Assembly: GCA_037481775.1 (NCBI GenBank)
Contig: JBBFKZ010000001.1
Span: forward strand, 1-64,000
Direction of reading: 5' to 3'
DNA from: Candidatus Bathyarchaeia archaeon
GTDB lineage: Archaea; Thermoproteota; Bathyarchaeia; Bathyarchaeales; Bathycorpusculaceae
Length of the DNA: 64,000 bases
The notes under the pieces are model-generated. The model ran no database searches and was not told where the DNA came from. It saw nothing but the letters and a program-made list of their open reading frames with translations. Shown one piece after another: positions 18,876 through 28,026 of this stretch. Numbering within the stretch: the first letter of the stretch is position 1; each line of letters begins with the position of its first letter. The position numbers and the translations under genes were made by a program.

Positions 18876-20185
18876 AGGACAAACCAAGCTTCGATATCGA
18901 ATTACATCATGTAACGAGAGTCGAAGGGCATGGCAATATCTACGTGAACGTAAGAAACGGTACAATAGAACGTTGTGAGTGGGCAATTTCTGAGGCGCCA
19001 AGATTTTTTGAAGCTATGGTGGTAGGGCGACAATGGAATGAGCTACATCATATAACGTCGCGCATCTGCGGCATCTGCTCGATAGGGCACACGCTTGCAT
19101 CTTTAAAGGCAACAGAAGCAGCAATGGGCATAACTATAAGCGAACAAGACCTCAAATTGAGAAAACTAGCATTACACGCAGAGAACATGCAAAGTCATAT
19201 TCTGCACTTAGGTTTTCTGGTTCTTCCAGATCTAATGGACGTTGGGTCAGTTATCCCTCTTGCGGCATCGCATCCTGAAGAGGTTAAAATGGTTCTGCGC
19301 TTGCATAGGCTAGCAAATGAAATGTCAAACATGATCTGCGGTAGGACAACGCATCCACAGAGACTGATACCAGGCGGATTCTCCAAAATTCCCACAATGA
19401 AGGAGTTGACTGCGCTCAGAGATAAGCTTAAGGCGGCTATCCCTGACCTACAAGCAGTCGCAGAATTATTCAAAAGTAGGATCCACAAGTTCCCTGAGTT
19501 TGTCAGAGAAACAGAATTCATCGCGCTAACTAACCCCGAAGAATATGCGCTTTACGACGGAAAAATTGCCTCAACGGATACAGGAACAGCGCCGGTAAAC
19601 GAGTACCTCATATTCACCAATGAGTACATAGTTCCGCACTCCACAGCGAAACGGTCAAAGCATGCACGAGAATCATACATGGTAGGTGCACTTGCGAGAT
19701 TCAACATTAACTATGAGAAACTTTCGCCATTAGCAAAGAAAACAGCCGAAATGTTCAAGCTAAAGCCAGTATGCCATAACCCCTTCATGAACAATATAGC
19801 GCAGCTTGTCGAAGTCGTTCACAATGTAGAAGACTCAATTAAGCTAATTAATGAATTGGAAGCCACGGGTTTAAAGAGCCAGCCGGAATACTATAAGCCA
19901 GAAGTAAAGGTTAAAGCAGGCCGCGGTATCGGCGCAGTTGAAGTGCCAAGAGGCATACTCTTCCATGATTATAAGTACAACGAGAAAGGCGTGTGCGTAA
20001 AAGCCAACTGCGTTATACCAACAAACCAGAATCATGGCAATATTGAGCTAGACATGAAAGCGCTGTTGCCGAAGATTCTCAACAAAACGCCAAAAGAAAT
20101 TGAGCTAAACTTGGAAATGCTGGTGAGAGCATATGACCCTTGTATCTCATGCTCCACACACTGCATTAAAGTGCACTTCATCTAA
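18872..20185 (+). CDS. hydA: Group 3b [NiFe]-hydrogenase large (alpha) subunit
   Basis: HVTRVEGHG, PRFFE, L1 SRICGICSIGH, L2 DPCISCSTH with a 7-aa tail; ATG 18872 overlaps the upstream stop. Confidence 0.92.
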   Translation: MKDKPSFDIELHHVTRVEGHGNIYVNVRNGTIERCEWAISEAPRFFEAMVVGRQWNELHHITSRICGICSIGHTLASLKATEAAMGITISEQDLKLRKLALHAENMQSHILHLGFLVLPDLMDVGSVIPLAASHPEEVKMVLRLHRLANEMSNMICGRTTHPQRLIPGGFSKIPTMKELTALRDKLKAAIPDLQAVAELFKSRIHKFPEFVRETEFIALTNPEEYALYDGKIASTDTGTAPVNEYLIFTNEYIVPHSTAKRSKHARESYMVGALARFNINYEKLSPLAKKTAEMFKLKPVCHNPFMNNIAQLVEVVHNVEDSIKLINELEATGLKSQPEYYKPEVKVKAGRGIGAVEVPRGILFHDYKYNEKGVCVKANCVIPTNQNHGNIELDMKALLPKILNKTPKEIELNLEMLVRAYDPCISCSTHCIKVHFI

Positions 20186-20225
20186 AACTCGTCTAACCCC
20201 GACCTAACAAGATAACATGCAATTG

Positions 20226-23051
20226 CTAAGTCGAAACGCCCTCTTTAAGCAGGGACGCTTCGGTTTGCTGCGGCCTTCCAATTTCTTTTGAAGACACAGA
20301 TACCTGTTTCTCTGCAGCATCAGGCTGCTGCAGACGCGCGAGTTCACCGCATTTGACATTTTCGTCTTTAAGGTTTAGTACGCCTTTGACCGTCCCGTCG
20401 TTTAGGTATTCAAGGGTGAAACCCATTTTTTGTGTCAGGCTTAAGGCGCGCTTGTTGTCTGCAAGCATGATGGCGTAGACTGTTTCTACACCCATTTCCT
20501 TGGCTATCTCAAGCACGTAATCAACCATTTTTGTTCCTAAACCCAGCCCCTGCCACTTGTCGGTGACAATAAACGCTAATTCGCCGTTTTTCCCATCAGG
20601 CTCAATGCTTAATCTTGCTACGCCTAGGATTCTTCTGCGTCCTTCCTCGGTTAATTCAGCCACTATGGCGATTTCGCGATCGTAGTCTATATTGCAATAG
20701 CGCACACGAACTTCATGAGGCGTGTCCTTTATCACTTGAAAGAACCGGTAGCGTATGGACTCTTCAGAGAAGCTTTGAAACATTTCCAGCCATAAAGGCT
20801 CATCTTCAGGCTTTATAGGCCTCAAAAGCACTTCTTGCCCGTTCCTGAGCGTCCATAAGGTTTCGTATTTCTTCGGGTAAGGACTTATCACCAAATGCTC
20901 GTGAGGCTCAAACTTTCTGAACACAGCCTCTTTGTCGATTGCTATTCTTGCGTCCAAGACAGAGGCTTCTTTCTCGCTTATCAAAAGTGGGTTAAGGTCA
21001 ATTTCCCTGATCTGGGGAAAATCGATGAGCAACTGCGAGAAACGCAACAGAACCTCTTCTAGCAGCTTAAGGTTAGCGGGCGGAATGTTTCTGTAGCCTC
21101 TGAGAAGTTGATAGACTTTTGTCTCTTCCAGCATCCGACGTATAAGCGTCGTGTTTAAGGGCGGAAGCCCTATCGAGTAGTCTTTGAAGAGTTCTGCGCC
21201 TACGCCGCCCATGCCGAAAAGTATAGCAGGACCAAAAGTTGGATCCTTTTTCCCGCCTATTATGACTTCGTAGCCTCTATGCCTGATCATTGGCTGAACA
21301 GTTACGCCTATTATGTTAGCTTTTTCGTTGGATACTTTCGCCCGCTGCATGAGAAGCTCAAATGCCTTTCTAACTTCAGCGTCAGAATTTATGTCCAAAA
21401 TTACGCTGTCCGCATCAGTTTTATATATTATCGAGGGAGAGAGAATCTTGAGAACAACCGGATAACCCATTTGTTTGGCAAAAGCCACAGCCTCGTCAGC
21501 GGTGGCGGCAACCGCGGTTTTTACAACTGGAAAATTGTAGTATTCCAAAATTTTCTTGGCTTCAATGTCAGTTAGCAATTCACGGTTTTCCACAGCGGCA
21601 CTTCGGAGTATATTCAATATGGGACGTTTAGGAGGCGCAGCGTCAACTGGAAGCTCCTCTGGAGTTTCGTAAATAAGTTCGAGGTTTCGCTTGTACTGAT
21701 ACATGTACATATACGCTTTGATAGCGTGCTCAGGAGTGGAATAAGTTGGAATATTGTTCTCGTTGAAAACCCTGTTTGCTTCCTGCACAGCGCCATAGCC
21801 CATGAAGTTTGTTAATATCGTCTTATTCTGATACGTTTTGCTTTTTATAAGTTCAACTATGTTTTTAGCTATTTCAATAGGCTCTGCCATGGATTGCTGA
21901 GTAAAAATTATCAGTATCCCATCTACGTTTTCATCATTCAAGCAAGCCTCTAACGCGGTTCGGTAACGCTCAGCATCAGCGTCTCCAAGAATATCCAGAG
22001 GATTGCTTTTACTCCAGGAAGGCGGCAGAACACCGTTAAGCGCTTCAATGGTTTTCTTGCTTAAATTTGCAAGCCTACCACCTTTAGCGATCAAGGCATC
22101 TGTAGCCATAATGCCCAAACTACCCGCGTTAGTAATTATAGCGATGCTTGGCCCCTTCGGAAGCGGCTGGTTCTCCAAAACTTCGGCTGTGTTGAATAAA
22201 TCTTCAATTTCCTCTACTCGAACTATGCCTGCGCGTTTAAAAGCCGCCTCATAAATTGCATCTTCAGTTGAAAGAGAACCTATATGCGTTACTGCTGTTT
22301 TTGCGCTTTCGCTGAATTTGCCTGCCTTCACCACAATTATGGGTTTGGTTCGTGCAAAGTGTCTAGCGGCGCTCATGAATTTTCTGGCTTCAGTCAGGTT
22401 TTCCATGTACAGGAGGATGCTGCGGGTCTGCGGGTCAGTGCCGAAGTAGTCTATCAAATCTCCGAAGTCTACATCTATCATCGAGCCGACGGAGACAAAG
22501 TTGCTGAAGCCAATGTTCTTATGTATAGCCCAGTCCAGAATCGCTGAGCCTAAGGCGCCGCTTTGCGTTATGAAAGCTACTTTTCCGGGCTTCGGCATTT
22601 TATCTAGGAATGTGGCGTTCAGATTAATTCGCGGGCAGATTACGCCTATACAATTTGGCCCGATTATCCTTATGCCATACTTTTTCCTTGCTTCCAAAAT
22701 CTGCTCTTCAAGCGCCTTGCGCTCCGCCCTTGCTTCTTTGAAGCCCGTTGAAACTATGATGGCGCCCTTCACACCAACTCGTCCACATTGCTCCACAATA
22801 TCTGGAACAGTTTTCGCGGGCGTGGCAATTACTGCTAAATCAACATGCTCTGGGATTTGCTCTATTGTCTGAAAAGCCTTTACTCCGAGAATCTCGGGTT
22901 TATGTGCATTAACAAGGTAGACCTTTCCAGCATAGCCAAGTTGAGTTAAATTTTTGACTATAGAATAACCTATGGAGCCTTCTTCGGCGCTGGCGCCCAT
23001 TATAGCTACACTTTTAGGATTGAAAACTTTGTCGAGATTCAAAGTTACCAT
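20226..23051 (-). CDS. ADP-forming acyl-CoA synthetase-like protein with C-terminal GNAT (Pat/PatZ architecture)
   Basis: CoA-binding (FNPKSVA, IIGPNCIG, QSGALG), ATP-grasp (GYPVVLKILSP, DLNPL) and GNAT (RPIKPEDE, WQGLGLGT) domains. Confidence 0.92.
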   Translation of the reverse strand: MVTLNLDKVFNPKSVAIMGASAEEGSIGYSIVKNLTQLGYAGKVYLVNAHKPEILGVKAFQTIEQIPEHVDLAVIATPAKTVPDIVEQCGRVGVKGAIIVSTGFKEARAERKALEEQILEARKKYGIRIIGPNCIGVICPRINLNATFLDKMPKPGKVAFITQSGALGSAILDWAIHKNIGFSNFVSVGSMIDVDFGDLIDYFGTDPQTRSILLYMENLTEARKFMSAARHFARTKPIIVVKAGKFSESAKTAVTHIGSLSTEDAIYEAAFKRAGIVRVEEIEDLFNTAEVLENQPLPKGPSIAIITNAGSLGIMATDALIAKGGRLANLSKKTIEALNGVLPPSWSKSNPLDILGDADAERYRTALEACLNDENVDGILIIFTQQSMAEPIEIAKNIVELIKSKTYQNKTILTNFMGYGAVQEANRVFNENNIPTYSTPEHAIKAYMYMYQYKRNLELIYETPEELPVDAAPPKRPILNILRSAAVENRELLTDIEAKKILEYYNFPVVKTAVAATADEAVAFAKQMGYPVVLKILSPSIIYKTDADSVILDINSDAEVRKAFELLMQRAKVSNEKANIIGVTVQPMIRHRGYEVIIGGKKDPTFGPAILFGMGGVGAELFKDYSIGLPPLNTTLIRRMLEETKVYQLLRGYRNIPPANLKLLEEVLLRFSQLLIDFPQIREIDLNPLLISEKEASVLDARIAIDKEAVFRKFEPHEHLVISPYPKKYETLWTLRNGQEVLLRPIKPEDEPLWLEMFQSFSEESIRYRFFQVIKDTPHEVRVRYCNIDYDREIAIVAELTEEGRRRILGVARLSIEPDGKNGELAFIVTDKWQGLGLGTKMVDYVLEIAKEMGVETVYAIMLADNKRALSLTQKMGFTLEYLNDGTVKGVLNLKDENVKCGELARLQQPDAAEKQVSVSSKEIGRPQQTEASLLKEGVST

Positions 23052-23341
23052 TAAGCCAGCAGCCTTCCCTAAAGTATGTTGGTGCAAATCTCGGCATTAA
23101 AAGGTTATGTAGCATCAATCACTCTTCCATTATCTGAATTATCTGTCAAAATATGCCGCACAACTGAATGAATAGAGCAAAGCAGCAGAGGCCAGCTGTA
23201 TGAAAACAAAAGATAAATCATGAAACGCGCCGCGAAAAGCAACAGGAGACCGCTTCTGAACGCCCCTTTCACCCGAAACGATACCACACCAGCGCCAACA
23301 ATCTTAAATAATTCCGCTGAAACCTTTCAGCGGGGAAACAC

Positions 23342-24340
23342 ATGCCTTGCACGGTTATCGTAGGCGCCTTCTGGGGCGATGAAGGCAAAGGGAAGATAAT
23401 CTCCTATCTCGCACTGAAAGACAAACTTGACTTCTGTGTTAGAACAGGCTCCGTGAACGCGGCGCACACAGTCTGGATGGAAAGCAAAAAGTACGCGTTG
23501 CACATGGTGCCAGCCGCCTTCCTAAACCCAAAATGCCGCCTTTTAATAGGTGCAGGCGCCAACGTCCATGTCGGCAAGTTTCTCGAGGAAGTCGAGTTGA
23601 CGAAGGTACACAGCCGCATAGGCGTGGATTACCAAGCCTCGATTATCGAGGAGAAGCACTCTATACAGGACAAAACAAGTGCGCACTTAAAGGGAATAGG
23701 CACCACAGGGTGGGGTGTTGGACCAGCACTAGAGGAGCGTGTCCGAAGAACCGCAAAGCTTGCACGTGACATGCCCGAGCTACAGCCATATCTCGCGGAC
23801 GTAGCTACAGAAGTTAACGAAGGACTCGACGCGGGCAAAAACGTTCTACTTGAGGGAACACAGGGTTTTATGCTTTCACTTTTTTATGGGACGTATCCAT
23901 ATGTAACGGGGCGAGATACAGGCGCCGCGGCCATATGCTCGGAGGCAGGGGTGGGCCCAACAAGAGTGGATGACGTTCTCATTGTTTACAAGTCGTTTAT
24001 AACACGTGTGGGTGCTGGCCCGTTGCCTGGTGAGTTAAGCAAAGAAGAGGCTTTAAAAAGGGGCTGGTTTGAAACTGCTGCTGGAACCGGCCGTGACAGA
24101 CGCTCTGCACCGTTTGATTTTGAATTAGCAAAGAAAGTGGCAAAGATAAATGGTGCTACACAAGCGGCGGTTACAAAGCTGGACAGCCTGTTTCCAAAGT
24201 GCCAAGGCGTTAGGGAATTTGACGCTTTACCCGCAGAAGCAAAACAATTCATCAAGGAAATTGAAAAGACAACCGGTGTGCCAGTAGTTCTAATAGGCAC
24301 GGGCCCAGACGCACTGGACATCATCGACAGAAGGAAATAG
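23342..24340 (+). CDS. purA: Adenylosuccinate synthetase (short archaeal form)
   Basis: WGDEGKGK, NAAHTV, EGTQG, YPYVT and TKLD motifs. Confidence 0.97.
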   Translation: MPCTVIVGAFWGDEGKGKIISYLALKDKLDFCVRTGSVNAAHTVWMESKKYALHMVPAAFLNPKCRLLIGAGANVHVGKFLEEVELTKVHSRIGVDYQASIIEEKHSIQDKTSAHLKGIGTTGWGVGPALEERVRRTAKLARDMPELQPYLADVATEVNEGLDAGKNVLLEGTQGFMLSLFYGTYPYVTGRDTGAAAICSEAGVGPTRVDDVLIVYKSFITRVGAGPLPGELSKEEALKRGWFETAAGTGRDRRSAPFDFELAKKVAKINGATQAAVTKLDSLFPKCQGVREFDALPAEAKQFIKEIEKTTGVPVVLIGTGPDALDIIDRRK

Positions 24341-24391
24341 TAAACCTTTATTTTCAAAAACCAATTTATGCTTCAGTAGAGGGAACGCTAA

Positions 24392-25531
24392 ATGTACGCT
24401 TCAAACGGTTACGGTAAAACATCACTCAGTCTTCTGGCGCTCTTATTTGCAGCCGGCTTACTTGTTGGCGCATTAGCAAGCTTCTACATCACATATCAAG
24501 AAATGAATAGGCTAAATGATGAAGTGACATCGCTTCAAAACCGTGTCGCGAGTCTAACAAGCACACAGAACGTTACTTACCAAAACATCATAATCTATCA
24601 GAATGAAACTGAACTGGCCAACATTTACGAGAGTGTTCGTGACTCGGTTGTTTTGATTCAAGGAACCACAAGAAGCGGAGAAGCACAGGGCTCAGGGTTT
24701 GTATATTCTTATTCTGGCAGAAACGTGGTAATAACGAATTATCATGTAGTGCATGGCGCAACAAGCCTAAGCGTCACCTTCTCAAATGGTAATGGCTATC
24801 CTGCGCAGGTTTTGGGAAGCGATCCCTACGCGGACTTGGCGGTTCTTTCAGTTAATGCGCCGGACAGCGAGTTTAAACCCATCGAAATCGTCAGTTCGTC
24901 CACGTTGCGGGTGGGTGATCCGGTTATAGCCATAGGAAATCCTTACGGCTTGGTTGGTTCATTAACCACTGGTGTAGTTAGCGCCATCGGCAGAACAATT
25001 ACTGAGGAAGAATATGCAGGCGGCTTTGCAATTGCGAATATCATACAGACAAGCGCGCCTATAAACCCTGGAAATTCAGGGGGGCCCCTGTTAAATGCCG
25101 CGGGCAAAGTTGTAGGCGTAACAACCGCTATACTATCAGACTCGCAGGGCTTAGGCTTCGCAGTGCCATCAAATACTATTCTCAGGGAAATAGCTGCCTT
25201 GATAACAACTGGAACTTATCGGGACCACTCATATTTGGGCGTTACAGGACAGGACATGAGCTATAGCTTAGCTCAGCAAATAGGAGTGAATGTTACTTAT
25301 GGTTGGCGAATTGCTTCCGTCGTCGCCGGAGGCCCTTCAGACGGCAAACTAAGAGTGAATGATATAATAATTGCTTTGAACCAAACACGAATAAGAAATA
25401 ATGACGACTTGGCAAGTTACCTTGCAGAGAACACATTGCCCGGGCAGCTTCTGAACATAACCGTTGTGCGTGACAGTTCAACAGTCACCGTGAATGTTAC
25501 CTTAGGACGGAGACCAGCACCACCGACGTAA
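24392..25531 (+). CDS. Membrane-anchored HtrA/DegP-like serine protease with PDZ domain
   Basis: TM plus short coiled coil; GSGF, TNYHVV, DLAVL, INPGNSGGPL; C-terminal PDZ. Confidence 0.94.
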   Translation: MYASNGYGKTSLSLLALLFAAGLLVGALASFYITYQEMNRLNDEVTSLQNRVASLTSTQNVTYQNIIIYQNETELANIYESVRDSVVLIQGTTRSGEAQGSGFVYSYSGRNVVITNYHVVHGATSLSVTFSNGNGYPAQVLGSDPYADLAVLSVNAPDSEFKPIEIVSSSTLRVGDPVIAIGNPYGLVGSLTTGVVSAIGRTITEEEYAGGFAIANIIQTSAPINPGNSGGPLLNAAGKVVGVTTAILSDSQGLGFAVPSNTILREIAALITTGTYRDHSYLGVTGQDMSYSLAQQIGVNVTYGWRIASVVAGGPSDGKLRVNDIIIALNQTRIRNNDDLASYLAENTLPGQLLNITVVRDSSTVTVNVTLGRRPAPPT

Positions 25532-25578
25532 ACTTGGTTTCAAGCATTTTTCTTTTGACATGGAGAGCGTTAGACCCA

Positions 25579-26208
25579 ATGGTGGAGAAGTGGCTTAAAC
25601 CATACCATGTTGTTATTGTAGTGGAAAACAAGCAATGCAAAATAATGGAAAAATTTGCTTCCCTTGGGCTTAAGCGACTTAAAGTAACAGACATTAGGGG
25701 TTCAAACAGCGGCAAAGTTAAGCATTTGGTGGCGCTTGAAGCGAAAGATGCGGCGAAAATTTCAGAAGACTCAAAGTCCGCCAAGCCTATGGGTGAAGCG
25801 GGAAGCAATTCTTCTTTATGGTTTGAAAGTGAAGGTTGCGAAGTCTGCAATACGATCATATCTTATGGCGCTTTTCTAATTTCAGGCAAAAGCGTAGAGG
25901 AGCACATGATAATGTATAGCTTCATTGTGCCCACGTTTGAAGCATACAAGGGCATTATATCTGCACTAGAAAGCGCGGGGCACAGAGTCAACGTGCTTAA
26001 AAGAGGAAGTTTCGAAGCCAAAAGTGGTGTTTTAACCGAGAAGCAAGAAAGAATCTTTTGGTTAGCGTTGAAAAGTGGATTTTTTGATTATCCGCGGAAA
26101 ATTGGTTTACGCGAGCTTGCCGCTAAACTAGGTGTTAAGCCAGCAACGCTTTCGGAGATAATCAGAAGGGGAACAAAGAGATTGCTGAAGCAGTATTTTG
26201 AAAAGTGA
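25579..26208 (+). CDS. Bat-like HTH-10 transcriptional regulator
   Basis: C-terminal LTEKQ...GFFDYPRKIGLRELAAKLGV...LSEIIRRG; internal CEVC; start uncertain. Confidence 0.88.
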   Translation: MVEKWLKPYHVVIVVENKQCKIMEKFASLGLKRLKVTDIRGSNSGKVKHLVALEAKDAAKISEDSKSAKPMGEAGSNSSLWFESEGCEVCNTIISYGAFLISGKSVEEHMIMYSFIVPTFEAYKGIISALESAGHRVNVLKRGSFEAKSGVLTEKQERIFWLALKSGFFDYPRKIGLRELAAKLGVKPATLSEIIRRGTKRLLKQYFEK

Positions 26209-26221
26209 AGTTGGCTATGAA

Positions 26222-26238
26222 ACCCTAACGCTTTAGGG
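26222..26238. promoter_or_regulatory. Palindrome CCCTAA-N4-TTAGGG upstream of hcp
   Basis: Perfect 6-bp arms directly before an ATAAAT TATA-like element. Confidence 0.55.
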
Positions 26239-26291
26239 ATAAATGCTATCTGGAGCTTGCAAGTATAGTTTTGATGAGGAACGAAGAAAAT

Positions 26292-27932
26292 ATGAGCAAA
26301 GAGCAAATGTTCTGTTATCAATGCGAACAAACCGCTAAAGGGCAAGGCTGCACAATCATAGGTGTCTGTGGAAAAACTCCAGAGGTCGCTGCACTCCAAG
26401 ACTTGCTGGTTTACTTGCTTAGGGGACTTTCACAATTAGTCATCGAAGCAAAGAAGGCAGGCATCAGAACCGAAGAATTCAGTATATTCACTTGTGAAGC
26501 GCTCTTCGCCACTTTGACAAACGTGAACTTTGACCTTGACAGAATCATCGAGTACATCAACAAAACAGTGAACTTACGCGAGCAACTAAAAAAGCAAACA
26601 CAGCTTGTTGGCAGCAAAGTCGAGGGTAATGGTCCTGTAAATTTGGTTTTGGAAAAAACCAAAGAAGGCTTAATAGAGCAAGGGAAACTTTTTGGAATAA
26701 AATCTGGGCCCATTGTTGACGAGGACTTGCACTCGCTTCAGTGGTTGTTAACTTACGGCATAAAGGGAGTAGCAGCTTACACCTATCACGCATATATACT
26801 CGGCAAAAAAGACGAGAAAGTCTTTGATTTTATCCATCGAGGTCTTGCTGCGCCATTAGACAAGTCGCTTGGTGTAAACGACTTTGTCGGTTTAGCCATG
26901 AAATGCGGTGAAATAAACATCCGCGCTATGGAGCTACTTGACGCCGGGCACACTGAGACTTATGGGCATCCTATGCCAACAAAAGTGCCGCTTGGCGTAA
27001 AAAAAGGCAAAGCCATTCTCGTGTCTGGGCACGACCTTAAAGACCTTGAGGAGATTCTGAAGCAGAGCGCAGGAAAAGGAATTTACGTGTATACACATGG
27101 CGAAATGCTGCCCGCGCACGGGTATCCCAAGTTGAAAGCTTACCCGCACCTTTACGGACACTATGGCACAGCATGGCAAAATCAGCAACGCGAATTCTCA
27201 GAATTCCCCGGCGCCATACTCATGACAACCAATTGTCTCCAGAGACCGATGGAAAACTACAAAGACAACATTTTTACCTCAGGTCCAGTGGGCTGGCCTG
27301 GAACACCGCACATAGAAGGCAGAGACTTCTCGCCTGTAATAAAGCGGGCCTTAGAGCTGCCGGGCTTCCAAGCTGACAGAGAAGGGAAGTACGTGACAGT
27401 GGGCTTCGGCAGAAACGCAATTCTAAGCGTAGCTGCCAAAATAATAGACGCGGTGAAAAGCAGCCGCATCAAAAGGTTCCTGCTGGTCGGCGGATGCGAC
27501 GGCGCGAAACCAGGAAGAAGCTACTACTCCGAGTTCGTGGAGAAAGCGCCTAAGGATACTGTTGTGTTAACGCTTGCTTGCGGAAAATTCAGATTCTTCG
27601 ACAAGGATTTAGGCACCATTGACGAGATCCCGCGGCTTCTGGACATAGGACAATGTAACGACGCCTATTCGGCAATAAAGGTGGCTCAAGCTTTAGCGGA
27701 GGCATTTAATGTATCGGTTAATGAGCTGCCGCTTTCTCTGGTGCTGTCATGGTATGAGCAGAAAGCCGTGGCTATACTGCTGTCTCTGCTTTATTTAGGC
27801 ATAAGAAACATACGATTAGGCCCGAGTTTGCCCGCGTTCATAACACCGAACATACTCAAGGTGCTGGTGGAAAAATTCAATATTATGCCGATAAAAACTG
27901 CAGAGGAAGACTTGAAAGCGATAATGGCGTAG
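26292..27932 (+). CDS. hcp: Hybrid cluster protein (hydroxylamine/NO reductase)
   Basis: MFCYQCEQT...GCTIIGVCGK, SGHDL, THGEMLPAH, GGCDG, GQCNDAY and WYEQKA. Confidence 0.97.
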   Translation: MSKEQMFCYQCEQTAKGQGCTIIGVCGKTPEVAALQDLLVYLLRGLSQLVIEAKKAGIRTEEFSIFTCEALFATLTNVNFDLDRIIEYINKTVNLREQLKKQTQLVGSKVEGNGPVNLVLEKTKEGLIEQGKLFGIKSGPIVDEDLHSLQWLLTYGIKGVAAYTYHAYILGKKDEKVFDFIHRGLAAPLDKSLGVNDFVGLAMKCGEINIRAMELLDAGHTETYGHPMPTKVPLGVKKGKAILVSGHDLKDLEEILKQSAGKGIYVYTHGEMLPAHGYPKLKAYPHLYGHYGTAWQNQQREFSEFPGAILMTTNCLQRPMENYKDNIFTSGPVGWPGTPHIEGRDFSPVIKRALELPGFQADREGKYVTVGFGRNAILSVAAKIIDAVKSSRIKRFLLVGGCDGAKPGRSYYSEFVEKAPKDTVVLTLACGKFRFFDKDLGTIDEIPRLLDIGQCNDAYSAIKVAQALAEAFNVSVNELPLSLVLSWYEQKAVAILLSLLYLGIRNIRLGPSLPAFITPNILKVLVEKFNIMPIKTAEEDLKAIMA

Positions 27933-28026
27933 CGGCCAATAAGTCTCTGCTTTTTTCTCTCATTTTTAGCTTAGCGGGTAAAGGGAAGCTTTTCAGGGAA
28001 AGCGTTTTCCAGAGACCGAACAGCAG

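Noticed and set aside
11083-20185. Selenocysteine ([NiFeSe]) hydrogenases or TGA read-through
   Set aside because: Both large subunits have Cys in L2 (DPCLSC, DPCISC) and uninterrupted frames
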